DNA of 34,814 nucleotides from Octopus bimaculoides (GCF_001194135.2 NC_068996.1:35345847-35380660), one strand, 5' to 3'; positions 1-11,639 are shown, counted from the stretch's first letter. The notes: generated by a model not told the origin, from the letters alone. A program made the numbers and translations.

Positions 1-16
1 GATAATTCATGTCAAT

Positions 17-70
<54 letters not shown>

Positions 71-1127
71 AATATAAACATGTGTACATATATTCATATA
101 TATACATATATACACATATATGTGTGTATGTATATAAATATGCATATATTTGTATAGTTATGTCAATATATATTTGTGTATACATACATACATACATACA
201 TACATGCATGCATGCATGCATACATACATACATACATACATACATACATACATACATACATACATACATACATACACACACACACATACACAGTTGTGTG
301 CCGTCTAAGCAATCTCTTGGTTTGTTAGAAATAGCAACAAATTCTCCCTGAAGACACAGTCCTGGATGCCGCTAAAAAAGAGTGTCTGCAAAAATTTACC
401 GCTGTTGTTAAGCACTATGAGCGCCGTTGATCCGACCTTTAACCAAAGCGTTCCAAACATGACTAATCCATGTTATTTTCAGGGATTAGTGATGTATCCT
501 TGAGTATATTACGCAATGTGTCTTGTTAAAAACAAAAGCGGCAGTTTATTTTGAGGGCAATTTGGGTGCTATTTCTCACAGACCTAACAAGCTCACTCTC
601 CAACGTTCATACAATATATATTATGGATCGATGGTTAGTTGGATGTGTGGATGGTCAACAAGTTATAGAATGTTCAGGAATATATCTTCTATGTCATCTA
701 TTAATTTCAATTTTCTGTTTCAAGGTCCTTCAGAAATGAGATGTCGTAGTTGTTCGAAAGAGTGTGATGATGAGGAATAATAAGGAAACACACACACACA
801 TATATAAACACAGAATTTTGTCTTCGTTTCTCTATTAAATCAACACATTAACATTTTGTGAAATACAGCGACATTAATTTCGATGATGATGACGATGCCA
901 TATATATATATATATATGTATGTGTGTGAGTGTGTGTGCGTATGTGTGTGTATATATACATCATCTATCTTTATGTACACACGTTCGGTTAGAGTTGTGT
1001 TGCTGGGGATGTAGATGGATATGTGCGTGTAATAATAGGTGCGTAGGCGTACATGCCATAAGATTATATATATATATATATATGTATATAGTGTGGGGGT
1101 GTATGTATATACATGTGTGTATGTATG

Positions 1128-1173
<46 letters not shown>

Positions 1174-1420
1174 NNNNNNNNNNNNNNNNNNNNNNNNNNN
1201 NNNNNNNNNNNNNNNNNNNNNNNNNNNNNNNNNNNNNNNNNNNNNNNNNNNNNNNNNNNNNNNNNNNNNNNNNNNNNNNNNNNNNNNNNNNNNNNNNNNN
1301 NNNNNNNNNNNNNNNNNNNNNNNNNNNNNNNNNNNNNNNNNNNNNNNNNNNNNNNNNNNNNNNNNNNNNNNNNNNNNNNNNNNNNNNNNNNNNNNNNNNN
1401 NNNNNNNNNNNNNNNNNNNN

Positions 1421-1465
<45 letters not shown>

Positions 1466-1536
1466 CATAAATGAAAATACGTAATGTTTATATTAGAAAC
1501 AGATTATACATCCCTCTCCCTCTCTCTCTCTCTCAC

Positions 1537-1575
<39 letters not shown>

Positions 1576-1675
1576 AAAGATACACACACAACACGCACGC
1601 ACATACACGCGCATTTTTAAAATCAGAACGTAAAGAACATAAATGAAGAAGAAAAATTCTGAATGAAATGCTTAC

Positions 1676-1825
1676 CATGATTGTTGTTGTTGTTGTTGTT
1701 GTTGATGATGATGCTGTTGTTGTTAATACTGTTGCTCGTGTTGTTAATGCTTTTTTTTCTCTCCCCCCCTTTGCCAGTTGGAATACTGTTGAGGAAGCAA
1801 GTGTGCTCTGACTATCGGCCGCGGC
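1676..1825 (-). other. Candidate first/5' exon of a minus-strand gene, ending in the start codon (ATG|GTAAGC)
   Basis: Minus strand reads ...AACAACAACAATC-ATG(1678-1676)|GTAAGC(1675-1670). This is an A-rich start context followed by a near-consensus donor and a pyrimidine-rich downstream stretch. The locally CpG-rich sequence at 1815-1860 could be a promoter or an acceptor (TTATCACCACAG|). No product can be assigned. Confidence 0.4.
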
Positions 1826-1862
1826 TGTGGTGATAAACCGAACGACGTCACAACTTACCGAA
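1815..1862. promoter_or_regulatory. CpG-rich patch with a CRE-like site (TGACGTCG on minus, 1850-1843)
   Basis: CGGCCGCGG, CCGAACGACGTCA and CCGAA in an otherwise CpG-poor window. One mismatch to the TGACGTCA palindrome. Lies just upstream of the candidate exon. Confidence 0.3.
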
Positions 1863-2455
1863 GCTTTTCTTATCGATTTCTGCTCCCTCCCTCCCTCTCT
1901 ATCATTCTATCATATTCAGTCACATCGCCATACTCTCTCTTTCCTTTTGTACCTTTCTCTCTATCTCTCCCCACTCGCGCGTCGCTTGCATCCCTTCAAA
2001 AGTTCTCACCTCTCTCTCTCTCTCTTGCTGTATAACTGCCTCTCACTCTCTCTTTCCTTCTGTATATCTCTCCTTCGCTCGTCGTCTGAATCCCTTCAAA
2101 CGTTCACACTTCGCTGCTTCTCCTTATCATTTATTCGTTTTTACTCCTTCATTCACGCGTACACTCTCCTCTTTCTCCTTATCTCCAATTTCCTTTCCTT
2201 TCTCTGTCACCGCCATCCCTTTCTCTCTCTCTCTCTCTCTCTCCCTCTCTCTCTCTCGTCCCTTTTTTATTTATTCGCTTTTATTTTTCAATTAACTTAT
2301 AACCACCACCACTACCTCCCCTACCACGCTGCATATATCAACCTTTTTATTTTAGTATAAATATTTATTTTGCTTTTATTCACTTACACATACTTGCTCT
2401 TATACTTTCTTTTTCTTTTTCTTGATTGCCCTCTTCCATTATTTCTCTTTTTCTT

Positions 2456-2509
<54 letters not shown>

Positions 2510-2931
2510 AGACAGTAGTATCCTCTTTTTCGTCTGCTAGAGAGAGGCAGGCAGACAGACAGACAATGATAGGAAATAAGTAACATCAGATCACTATCAG
2601 CAGCAGCAACACCCCCTACTCAATAAACGAATCTCTACATGGACAGCAACAATAAACTTGCTGGGAATTGCAGCCAAATCTCCTTCGAAATTATGCACAC
2701 ACACACACACGCACACACTTGTCTGTGAAAAAAGACAAATTAAGTTAATATTATCATAGATATACAATGCCCGGAGAAATATTTGTGATGGTCAAGAATA
2801 GAATGACATTGATCATGCAATGCAGCAGGTTTGCTGAAACAGGGTTTACCTCGATTAATCAGTAAACATCAAGGCAGTTATATTGGAGATTAGGATTTAC
2901 ATAAACTATGAAAGTCACAAACACACATACA

Positions 2932-3089
2932 ACAGGCTTCTTTCAGTTTCCATTTACCAAATCTATTCACAAGGTTCTAGTTGACCTGGGGGTTATAGTA
3001 GAAGACACGTGGTTAACATGCGGTGGGACTGAACCTGGAATCAAGTGTTTGAGAAGCAAATTTCTTACCACACAACCATACTTGTGCCT
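2932..3089 (-). mobile_element. SINE family B (tRNA head + CORE-like), 5' half
   Basis: Matches the reverse complement of 33575-33735 (CTTCTTTCAGTTTCC...ACCAAATC...TTCTTACCACAC). Confidence 0.8.
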
Positions 3090-3288
3090 TTATATGCATA
3101 CACACATATATATATATATATATATTAAAGGAAAATGGGAAGAAATATATTAAAGGTACGTGTGCGTGTGTTTGTTTGTGTGTATGTATGTATATATATA
3201 TATATGTGTGTGTATATATNNNNNNNNNNNNNNNNNNNNNNNNNNNNNNNNNNNNNNNNNNNNNNNNNNNNNNNNNNNNNNNNNNNNN

Positions 3289-3335
<47 letters not shown>

Positions 3336-3368
3336 TATATATATATATATATTCACACTCACATATAT

Positions 3369-3420
3369 ACATCATCATCATCATCGTTGTCGTTTAACGT
3401 CCGCTGTCCATGCTAGCATG
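3369..3420 (-). mobile_element. Retroposon 3' tail fragment ending in (GAT)n
   Basis: Minus strand reads CATGCTAGCATGGACAGCGGACGTTAAACGACAACGATGATGATG. It resembles a recalled octopus retroposon 3' end; not verified by search. Confidence 0.4.
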
Positions 3421-3866
3421 AAATAATACATATATACATATACACATCCATACACATACATGCACACGCACATACGCATGCACACACATACACAGACACA
3501 CACACACACATGTTGCTGTCAGTTTCATTTTTAACTTACAGCATGTGCAACTCTGCTGTCTTGTTACTTTCACTTGTTCCAACTTTTGCCTGAAGAAGGA
3601 CATTCTCTGAAAAGTTGGATTTTACGTGTGTGTGTATGTGTGTGTGCATGTATATGTGTGTGTGCATGTATATGTGTGTGTATGTATGATTTAAACCAGC
3701 AGAAACAGTATTCGTTATATACATAAGCTCATTTATTCGTTAAATGGCAATAGCCCACTCTAGTCGCTGAGCAACTCTGAGTTTCTCTCTTCCATGTGGC
3801 ATCGGCCAGAATGAATATATGATATACATACATGTGTGTGGGTATGCATATATATGTATGTATATT

Positions 3867-3935
<69 letters not shown>

Positions 3936-4738
3936 NNNNNNNNNNNNNNNNNNNNNNNNNNNNNNNNNNNNNNNNNNNNNNNNNNNNNNNNNNNNNNNNN
4001 NNNNNNNNNNNNNNNNNNNNNNNNNNNNNNNNNNNNNNNNNNNNNNNNNNNNNNNNNNNNNNNNNNNNNNNNNNNNNNNNNNNNNNNNNNNNNNNNNNNN
4101 NNNNNNNNNNNNNNNNNNNNNNNNNNNNNNNNNNNNNNNNNNNNNNNNNNNNNNNNNNNNNNNNNNNNNNNNNNNNNNNNNNNNNNNNNNNNNNNNNNNN
4201 NNNNNNNNNNNNNNNNNNNNNNNNNNNNNNNNNNNNNNNNNNNNNNNNNNNNNNNNNNNNNNNNNNNNNNNNNNNNNNNNNNNNNNNNNNNNNNNNNNNN
4301 NNNNNNNNNNNNNNNNNNNNNNNNNNNNNNNNNNNNNNNNNNNNNNNNNNNNNNNNNNNNNNNNNNNNNNNNNNNNNNNNNNNNNNNNNNNNNNNNNNNN
4401 NNNNNNNNNNNNNNNNNNNNNNNNNNNNNNNNNNNNNNNNNNNNNNNNNNNNNNNNNNNNNNNNNNNNNNNNNNNNNNNNNNNNNNNNNNNNNNNNNNNN
4501 NNNNNNNNNNNNNNNNNNNNNNNNNNNNNNNNNNNNNNNNNNNNNNNNNNNNNNNNNNNNNNNNNNNNNNNNNNNNNNNNNNNNNNNNNNNNNNNNNNNN
4601 NNNNNNNNNNNNNNNNNNNNNNNNNNNNNNNNNNNNNNNNNNNNNNNNNNNNNNNNNNNNNNNNNNNNNNNNNNNNNNNNNNNNNNNNNNNNNNNNNNNN
4701 NNNNNNNNNNNNNNNNNNNNNNNNNNNNNNNNNNNNNN

Positions 4739-4769
<31 letters not shown>

Positions 4770-4884
4770 TTTATGTAAAAGCAGCAGAAATATAACAAAA
4801 AAACTGTTACTCTGAGTTTCACGTTCCCGTTGATCAGATAGTTTTGTTAGAAATGGAGAAAGAATAACAATGCAAAAATATATC

Positions 4885-5086
4885 TGGTCTGGGAAAGTGC
4901 GTTACGGTATTTATTTTGAGTCTTTACATTTAGAGTTCAAATCCCACAGAGGTCAACTTTGCCTTTCATTCCTCCGAAATTGGTAAAATGATCTACCAAT
5001 CAAATATTGGAATCGATATCAATTGACTAATCCCTTCGCCTACCCTCAACCCAAATTGCTGGTCTTACTAGAAATAATTATGATTA
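4885..5086 (+). mobile_element. SINE family A (tRNA head + Meta-like central domain), diverged
   Basis: GAGTTCAAATCC B-box followed by GAGGTCAACTTTGCCTTTCATTCC; homologous to 34232-34403. Confidence 0.7.
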
Positions 5087-5685
5087 TTTTTCTTATCTGA
5101 ACACACGACACGAAGGAAAAGAAGCAAATGCAAATATATGTATATTAACAGCATCAAAACTCTGCCACCATTACTGCTGCTGTTGTCGGTGTTGTTACTG
5201 CTGCTAACTGCTGCTAGTGCAACTGTTGCTGTTGCTGCTGCTCTCTTTGATATACTACTTGCTGCTGTTATTGTTGATGTTGCTGACAACCTGTAAGAAG
5301 GTAATAATTTAACCAGGTAGGCCTAACATAGATCGGTGATTGTATGTGATGGATATGAGATGAAGCACGCAAAATGTTGTGCTAATTCTGTTGTAACTGT
5401 TTTGATTAATAAGCTTAAGTTTTATAATGAAAGGAAAATATAGTTCATAGTCGCACAATATTGTAATGAAATAATAATAATAATAATAATAATAGTAATC
5501 CAGTATCACTTATGTTATAATACCGGTTCAATAATGTTCAATCAGAAATAATCTATATTACTATATTCTTATCGTTATTTATTATCATTATCGTCATCAT
5601 CATCATTATCATCATCATGCTGTTAAATTAATAAGTGGCCATTGTAAAAAAAACTGGCTTTAATAATGATGATGATAATAATAGT

Positions 5686-5900
5686 AATGGTTTCAAATTT
5701 TGCCACAAGGGCAGCAATCTTGTGGAAGGGAATTAGTCGATTACATAGATTTCAGTGTTTCACTGGTACTTATTTTATTGACCCCTGAAAGGATGAAAGG
5801 CAAAGTCGACTTCAGTAGAATTTGAACTCAGATCGTAGCGATGAGCAAAATACTGCTAAGCATTTTGTCCAGCATGCTAATGATTCTGCCCACTCACTAC
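5686..5900 (-). mobile_element. SINE family A, near full length
   Basis: Plus strand has GGTACTTATTTTATTGACCCCTGAAAGGATGAAAGGCAAAGTCGAC...ATTTGAACTC...CTAAGCATTTTG; homologous to 31805-32026. Confidence 0.85.
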
Positions 5901-5945
5901 TTTACTCCATAATAATAGCAACAGTAACAACACAACAACAACATT

Positions 5946-6118
5946 AAATCCTTTTTAATAAAAGCACAAGGCCTGAAATTTTGTGGAAAGTGGGCAGTTG
6001 ATTACATTGACCTCTCTCACACACACACACACATACACACACCGTATTCAACTGGTACTTTATTTTATCGACCCCCAAATGGATGAAAAGCAAAGTCAAC
6101 CTCGGCAAGATTTGAATA
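5946..6118 (-). mobile_element. SINE family A, 5'-truncated, with internal (CA)n
   Basis: CACAAGGCCTGAAATTTT tail and CTGGTACTTTATTTTATCGACCCCC...GCAAAGTCAACCTCGGC core. Confidence 0.8.
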
Positions 6119-6175
6119 GCAACGATAGCAACAATAAGAACAACAATGACAACCACAACAATAATAATAACAACA

Positions 6176-7535
6176 ATGTGTACAAGATCCTTACAGCTAT
6201 TCTAATGGAATGCTCAAATGCTTTCCTTGTGAACAACATTTTTTTTCCTGGTGAACAAAAAGACTATAAACATGGGTTTTTTTTTTATTTATGTAGGGAT
6301 CAAATGAAGATTATAAAAAATGGTTCTTGATAATTATTGCAACAGGAAAATAACATCTGTCAGTAGCTTGGATAGATTACAAGAAGACCTTTGATAGTCT
6401 TCCACACAGCTGGATAGAAAGGAATACCTAGAGACATTCAAAATTTCACCAGTAATCAGGAATTTTTGTATCTCGTGCCATGAAGCTCTGGAAAATGACA
6501 TTAATTTTGAATACAGACACTCCAAATATAAACTCTGGACAAGTGTAGAATCTTTCAAGAAGACTCATTATTTTCTTTGTTATTCTGCTTAGTACTATTT
6601 CTTCTAAGTAGACTCTTGAATGAAACAAATTATGGATGGGATGTTTCAGTCATTAGACTGCAGCCATGCTGGGGCACCACCTTGAAGAAATCTAGCCAAA
6701 CAAACTGACCCTGATACTAGTTTCTTTTTTTCATTTTTGCTTTTTTGTACTTATTCTGATGGTCTCTTTTGCTGAACTGCTAAGTTACAGGGATGTGAAC
6801 ACAACACCAGTTTTTGAGCAGTGGTGGGGGACAAACACAGATACAAAAATACATACACACATGCAACAAGCTTCTTAGTTTCTATCTAACAAATTCATTC
6901 ACAAGACTTTGGTCAGCCAAGGCTATAGGAGAAAGACATTTGCCCAAGGTGCCATGCAGAGGGATTGAATCCAGAACCATGTGGGAAGCAAGCTTCTTAC
7001 CACACAGCCACACTTGTATCTATGGAAAAACACAATTAATCATGAACTTTATATGGATGACTTGGAACTTCCCAAAAAATGATCAACAAGTGCAAACACT
7101 CCTACACACAGTCATATAATTTTGTGATGACATCAAAATGGAATTTGGGCTTGATATATGCACCAAGGCAATATTTGCCAAGGGAAAAATATCAAAGATA
7201 TAGTCAACAGAGTGCTTGCAAAGACATGACAAGGTAGCTCAGTCGACACACTGGTCAATATGCAGCACATACAAATTTCCCCACCTCACAAAAAAAAATT
7301 GGTGGGAAAACATGTTGCCCAGAAAACTGAGGTGACCATCTTTTGAAATTTCAGTGTTCAGACTGATCAAGAAATACAGGCTAACTGACTAGATATAATT
7401 GTAAAAATCATTTTGAAAAAAACATGTCTTGTGATTGATGTTGCAGCCTCACTAAAACACATCTTTGAACATGTCTGAGAAATTAGGTAAGTATAAATTG
7501 AAATCAGGAGAATGTGGCATCTCAAAGCAACATGT
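6176..7535 (+). pseudogene. Decayed R4/Dong-like non-LTR retrotransposon (RT plus REL endonuclease remnant), interrupted by a SINE
   Basis: My translation across frameshifts: VYKILTAIL..FPGEQK (from 6176), VAWIDYKKTFDSLPHSWIE (from 6363), IFQEDSLFSLLFCL, YMDDLEL (7050), DDIKMEFGLDICTK, then after an internal deletion RHDKVAQ..NFSVQTDQEIQAN*LDII..CLVIDVAA. Multiple stops and frameshifts. Confidence 0.9.
6644..7016 (-). mobile_element. SINE family B, full length, inserted inside the RT just before YMDD
   Basis: Tail TTTCAGTCATTAGACTGCAGCCATGCTGG and head GCAAGCTTCTTACCACACAGCC match the reverse complement of 33575-33946. RT motifs resume directly after 7020. Confidence 0.9.
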
Positions 7536-7966
7536 AAATCAAAGAAGGAATGTGTTACTCATATAGTTAGTGAATGTAGTACGCTGGCACAGAAAGAATG
7601 CAAGAAAAGACACGACAACCAAGGGAGAATAATCCACTGAGAGTGATGTAGAAAGCTAGGATTTGACTGTACTGATAAGTGGTATGAACATGAACCTAGT
7701 AAAGTAAGAGATATAAGATGTGGGATTTTAACATTCAGACTGACAGAATAATAGAAACTAGAAGGCCTGATTTAGTAGTAGCAGACAAAGAAAATAGAAA
7801 ATGCTGGGTAATTGACTTTACAGTCCCAAATGACAAGGAAGTCTATATGAAAGGGATACAGAAAATAACAAAGTACCTGGACCTAGTCATTGAGTTATAG
7901 AGGCTATGGAGAGTGTGGATAAAATGTATTATTATAATTATAGGTGTATTAGGAACTGTTCCTAAG
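7536..7966 (+). pseudogene. Second REL-type non-LTR C-terminal fragment (CCHC knuckle + PD-(D/E)xK endonuclease)
   Basis: CKSKKECVTHIVSECSTLAQKECKKRHDN...WDFNIQTDRIIETRRPDLVVADKENRKCWVIDFTVP...KITKYLDL...IIIGVLGTVPK; includes ORF 7718-7900. Confidence 0.9.
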
Positions 7967-7967
7967 A

Positions 7968-8296
7968 TTTGGCAATGTACCACACTGTTTCACCCCTCTT
8001 ATCCCATATTGTGCATTTGTTGCTCTCAGTGGACATGATACCAATAGTGATTGGTGCACTTGGAAGTATCAGTACCCAACTACCAGCATGGTGCAAAAAG
8101 ATTGGCACAGACATAAAGATAGAATACTTACATAAATTATTGTTGCTTGGAACTGCAGGAGTCCTCTACAGAGTTCTTGAAGTGTGATCAGTAAACAAGT
8201 ATCATCTTAGTATGCTGGCTGTGGACAGCTGACTTTTTTTCAACATACCCAGCAAAATAAAGCTGAGAGTTTTCATGATCTAATAATGATAATAAT
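7968..8296 (+). pseudogene. Third REL-type non-LTR 3' end with 3'UTR and (TAA)-like tail, preceded by an inverted zinc-knuckle fragment
   Basis: 8029-8187 gives VDMIPIVIGALGS..LLLGTAGVLYRVLEV*, then a UTR to TAATAATGATAATAAT (8281-8296). The reverse complement of 7968-8030 gives TESNKCTIWDKRGETVWYIA. Confidence 0.8.
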
Positions 8297-8480
8297 TCTT
8301 TCTACTATTAGTCACAAGGCCTGAAACTTGGGGTTCAGTGCTGATCTTATTTCACTGACTCTGAAAAAAAGTAAAGCACATTTTACCTCAGTGAAGTCTT
8401 AACTCAGAACATAAAGACAGGCGAAATGCTCTAAAGCATTTTATCTGGCATGTTAACAACTAAGCCAGCTGACCACCTTA
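8297..8480 (-). mobile_element. SINE family A, diverged with internal deletion
   Basis: CACAAGGCCTGAAAC tail; AACTCAGAACATAAAGAC..CTAAAGCATTTT..GCCAGCTGACCACC head. Confidence 0.7.
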
Positions 8481-8880
8481 AATCAACTTAATCATATGGC
8501 TAATGTAAATGATCCACAAATTAATGATGACACTATAGTCCAGCTGGTCATTTGCAGCTTTTACTACAACTATCACAGTAATGTGTCTCTTCTCAGTTAA
8601 ATGCTATGCAGAATTATTACATTTTGTATTGTGTAAAGACATGTCTTGCCTGGCCAATAGAAAGACAACAATTATTACATGATTGACAGATGTATACTTT
8701 TTGATATGGCAAAGGTTTATTATTAGTTTGCTTTGGTTCATGTACTTTTGAGTGAAGACCAGCCTTAAAAAAGAGTAATTCAGTCACAGGCAAAACATTT
8801 GAAGGGATTATTACTGTCAACAGGATTTCCTTTCCTTATTTCTCATTTTAATTTTGTGTATTAGGTACAATTCTCTTTAA

Positions 8881-8988
8881 AATACATGGATATATTCAGT
8901 ATATATTTTCTCTGCAATATCATATCAACTGCAAAATGCATGGATACATTCAGTATATATTTTCTCTGTGATATCCTATCAATTGCAA
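8881..8988. repeat. 54-bp tandem duplication (2 copies)
   Basis: 8881-8934 vs 8935-8988: AAT(A/G)CATGGATA(T/C)ATTCAGTATATATTTTCTCTG...TGCAA. Confidence 0.9.
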
Positions 8989-10244
8989 GTTTTCCAACTT
9001 TCTATATGAATATATTCTTTTTTTTTTTTCAGATCAGATTTAAGTGAGTCCTTGTCCCTTAATTTCACTCTGTAAAAATATCCGTTCTCATAACATAGTT
9101 CTTCATACAATAGACAGTTTGGTATGCTTCCATATATCAGATGGCTCCTGAGCACTATTAATAATATATAATTCAGTACAAACTGTAATATGGTCAGATT
9201 ATCAGTGGCTAAACCAGTACTCCAGTATGGAGTACTGGATGAACCCACTATAGGGGCAACAACTATTTGACAATATTATGTTGAGACTTAAAAATACTCT
9301 GAACCAGTGAATGAATGTGATAAGACTTTACTGATTGATGGTAGATTTGTGTTATTTAGCCATGATGAAGGCAGATTATCTAGGAGAAAGTCATTCCAAA
9401 TAACCAATTGGCAGACCAAGACAATACAATCTTTGATCTGTAATCATTTGTCATACTCAATGATTTTCGCAGTGCATTGTTTTAGGTGATTTTACCCATG
9501 GTTAAGTAAGGCAGTGCAGGGCAAGCTATATCTTCATTTCATAATGGATACCTTAGGTCTTATCCATACACAGCTGTTACTCATTAATTCAGACCGTCCA
9601 CATTACTGCGTCAAGCTATTTTATACTTTTCTCACATCTTTTAATAAATACATTATCATATGCATTGTGTAACTTTTAATATATTCTTCGAGTGATGTAT
9701 TTTGGGTGATAAATGGTTGGTGGCAACCTTAAAACAAACACAAAAATCACTATCAATTTTATGAAATGTATGACTCTCAGAAAAATATAAATGGCAAAAA
9801 GTATTTGCAAAATTCAATTTCACAAGTTTATGCCTGCAGGGGTTCCAAGAAAAAAAACAGCTGTTGCCCAGGTCATCATAGAGTGACTACCACAAAGCAC
9901 ATATCCAACTTTTCTGGTTGGCTGTTAGCATGTAAGAACTTTGGGTGATAATGAGACATCTGTTGAAAGAAAAACTACTTTAATAATTCATGGAGCGCAT
10001 GCAGAACAGCGTGAATTCAAGTACTAACATATCTATTCATTCTTAATACACTGGCAGATTTAAACATGAATATCTGATTGTTGTTGTTTTTCATTATTGG
10101 AGGGCACCCTGCTCCCTTCAGATGATGTGTGTTCATAACACACCATTTTGAGAAAACATGGAGTTTCAGCCCCTTTGTGTTTCTCTTCAGTCAAAGCTGC
10201 TCTGATCTATGTGTTGGAAAGAAGATTGGTAGTTGGCATATCCA

Positions 10245-10490
10245 AGAAGAAAAGTACTGAGTTAGTGATCCATATCTGGGACCTGAAGACCAAAAATATC
10301 CCACACATCATCAAGTGGAGCGTTGTAGAACAATCTATGCCATACATTAAAGGGTCAAGAAGGTGCAGGCTTTGTATAGCTGAAAGATTTCATAGCTGAA
10401 AGATTTCACCAGTCTATTGAATTCTAGATTTGAAATTTTCATCAGATGTAAACATCTGGATATGTTTCTATTATCAAACTGGAAAACACC
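10245..10490 (+). pseudogene. Penelope-like element, C-terminal part of the GIY-YIG endonuclease domain
   Basis: KKSTELVIHIWDLKTKNIPHIIKWSVVEQSMPYIKGSRRCRLCIAER..SLLNSRFEIFIRCKH. This matches the STELSK.IW.LK...IKW...C.LC..EK...LLN.R.E...C.H pattern of PLE endonuclease ends. Confidence 0.8.
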
Positions 10491-11138
10491 AACTTCTCCA
10501 GATTAAGCATGCAGTCTCACAAATTTCCCCCATTGAATTAATTGCATTAACCATTATTAATTCCCATTCTAATGAGCAAAAGGGACACAACTCTTACCTC
10601 CTTTTCTTTCATGCTCCTTTTTTCTTGTTCCCTTTTTCATTTACTTTTTCCTCTCATTCTTTTTCATGCTTTCTAACTTTTTCTTGGAAAGCAGCCATGT
10701 TGTATTTTGAGGTTGAATGATTACCTGATAATAGACAGCATGCGATACAAGCTCATCCAACTATTGTATTATCAGAGACACAAAACTTAAAACACAAGCT
10801 CCTATGTAAATCCTGCGTGTATTAAATTATATTTATCGCTCACTGGATGGAGTACATTTTTTATTGGTCTCACTAATAATGGAACAGTACAATGTGTGTG
10901 TGTGTACTTTTCTCTTTAAATGTTAAAAGTAACATAGGCAATACATTCTTGGCATTATTAAATAAGCATTTCTCAGTAAACTATAAATACAGGATGATTT
11001 TTTTAAAAGATGCTCCATAAAAAATTTCATACAGCTGCTGCTATAATATAAAGGATATTATCACTAGCAAGTCATGAACCCATTCCCAGTTATAACTGTT
11101 GAGACCCTGAAGCTTGCCTGCTCAATCAGGCATGTTTG

Positions 11139-11281
11139 ATAAAGCCAGTTGTGTATGAAGCTGAAATTACAGCAGTGCTACAAGATAATGTAATCAGAAA
11201 GAAAAACTACATTGGTATATGCAAAGGCAATTTTTTAAGTGCTGTTATGCAAACTACCAGTTTTCTTTTAAATATATTAAG
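11139..11281 (+). pseudogene. Penelope-like element, GIY-YIG motif fragment
   Basis: IKPVVYEAEIT....KKNYIGICKGNF/(K)..YANYQFSFKY, fitting the VVY..YIG..F..RY.NH..SF pattern; truncated by a SINE at 11282. Confidence 0.7.
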
Positions 11282-11304
11282 ATGGAAACTGAAAGAAGCT
11301 TGTC

Positions 11305-11371
<67 letters not shown>

Positions 11372-11612
11372 ATATGTATGTATGTATATATCTGTGTGTC
11401 TGAGTTTCTTCCCCACCACCACCACCACCACCATCACTTGACAACCAATGTTGGTGTGTTTACATCTCCATAGCTTAGCAGTTTGGCAAAGAATAAGAAC
11501 TAGAATAAGAACTAAGCTTACAAAGAATAAGTCCTAGGATCAATTTATTCATCTAAAGGCAGTCCTCCAGCATGGCCGCAGTCAAATGATTGAAACAAGT
11601 AAAAGAATAGAA
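11282..11612 (+). mobile_element. SINE family B, 5'-truncated, with internal (TA)n and (CAC)n
   Basis: ATGGAAACTGAAAGAAGC-(TA)n-...CCAGCATGGCCGCAGTCAAATGATTGAAACAAGTAAAAGA. Confidence 0.9.
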
Positions 11613-11639
11613 TATATATGTATATATATATATACAATT

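Noticed and set aside
290-780. Short protein-like stretches (LPEDTVLDAAKKECLQKF; SMVSWMCGW)
   Set aside because: In-frame stops, no splice context and no motif I can assign confidently; probably old repeat debris.
12-4822. Long ORFs rich in YI/CV/HT or X in the ORF track (also 14673-15030, 20180-20569, 27669-30377, 32522-33236, 34505-34741)
   Set aside because: They are translations of (TA)n/(TG)n/(CA)n/(AG)n repeats and N-gaps, which lack stop codons by construction.
5068-5306. Minus-strand acceptor (TTCTTACAG at 5291-93) overlapping a plus-strand donor (AAG|GTAATA)
   Set aside because: The adjacent sequence is a CAG/CAA low-complexity run leading into a SINE; the signals are ambiguous and have no clear partner site.
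10723-10756. Second hammerhead-like trace (CTGATAA...GATAC) in the PLE 3' region
   Set aside because: Both conserved boxes are mutated and there are no convincing stems; only a family consensus could rescue it.
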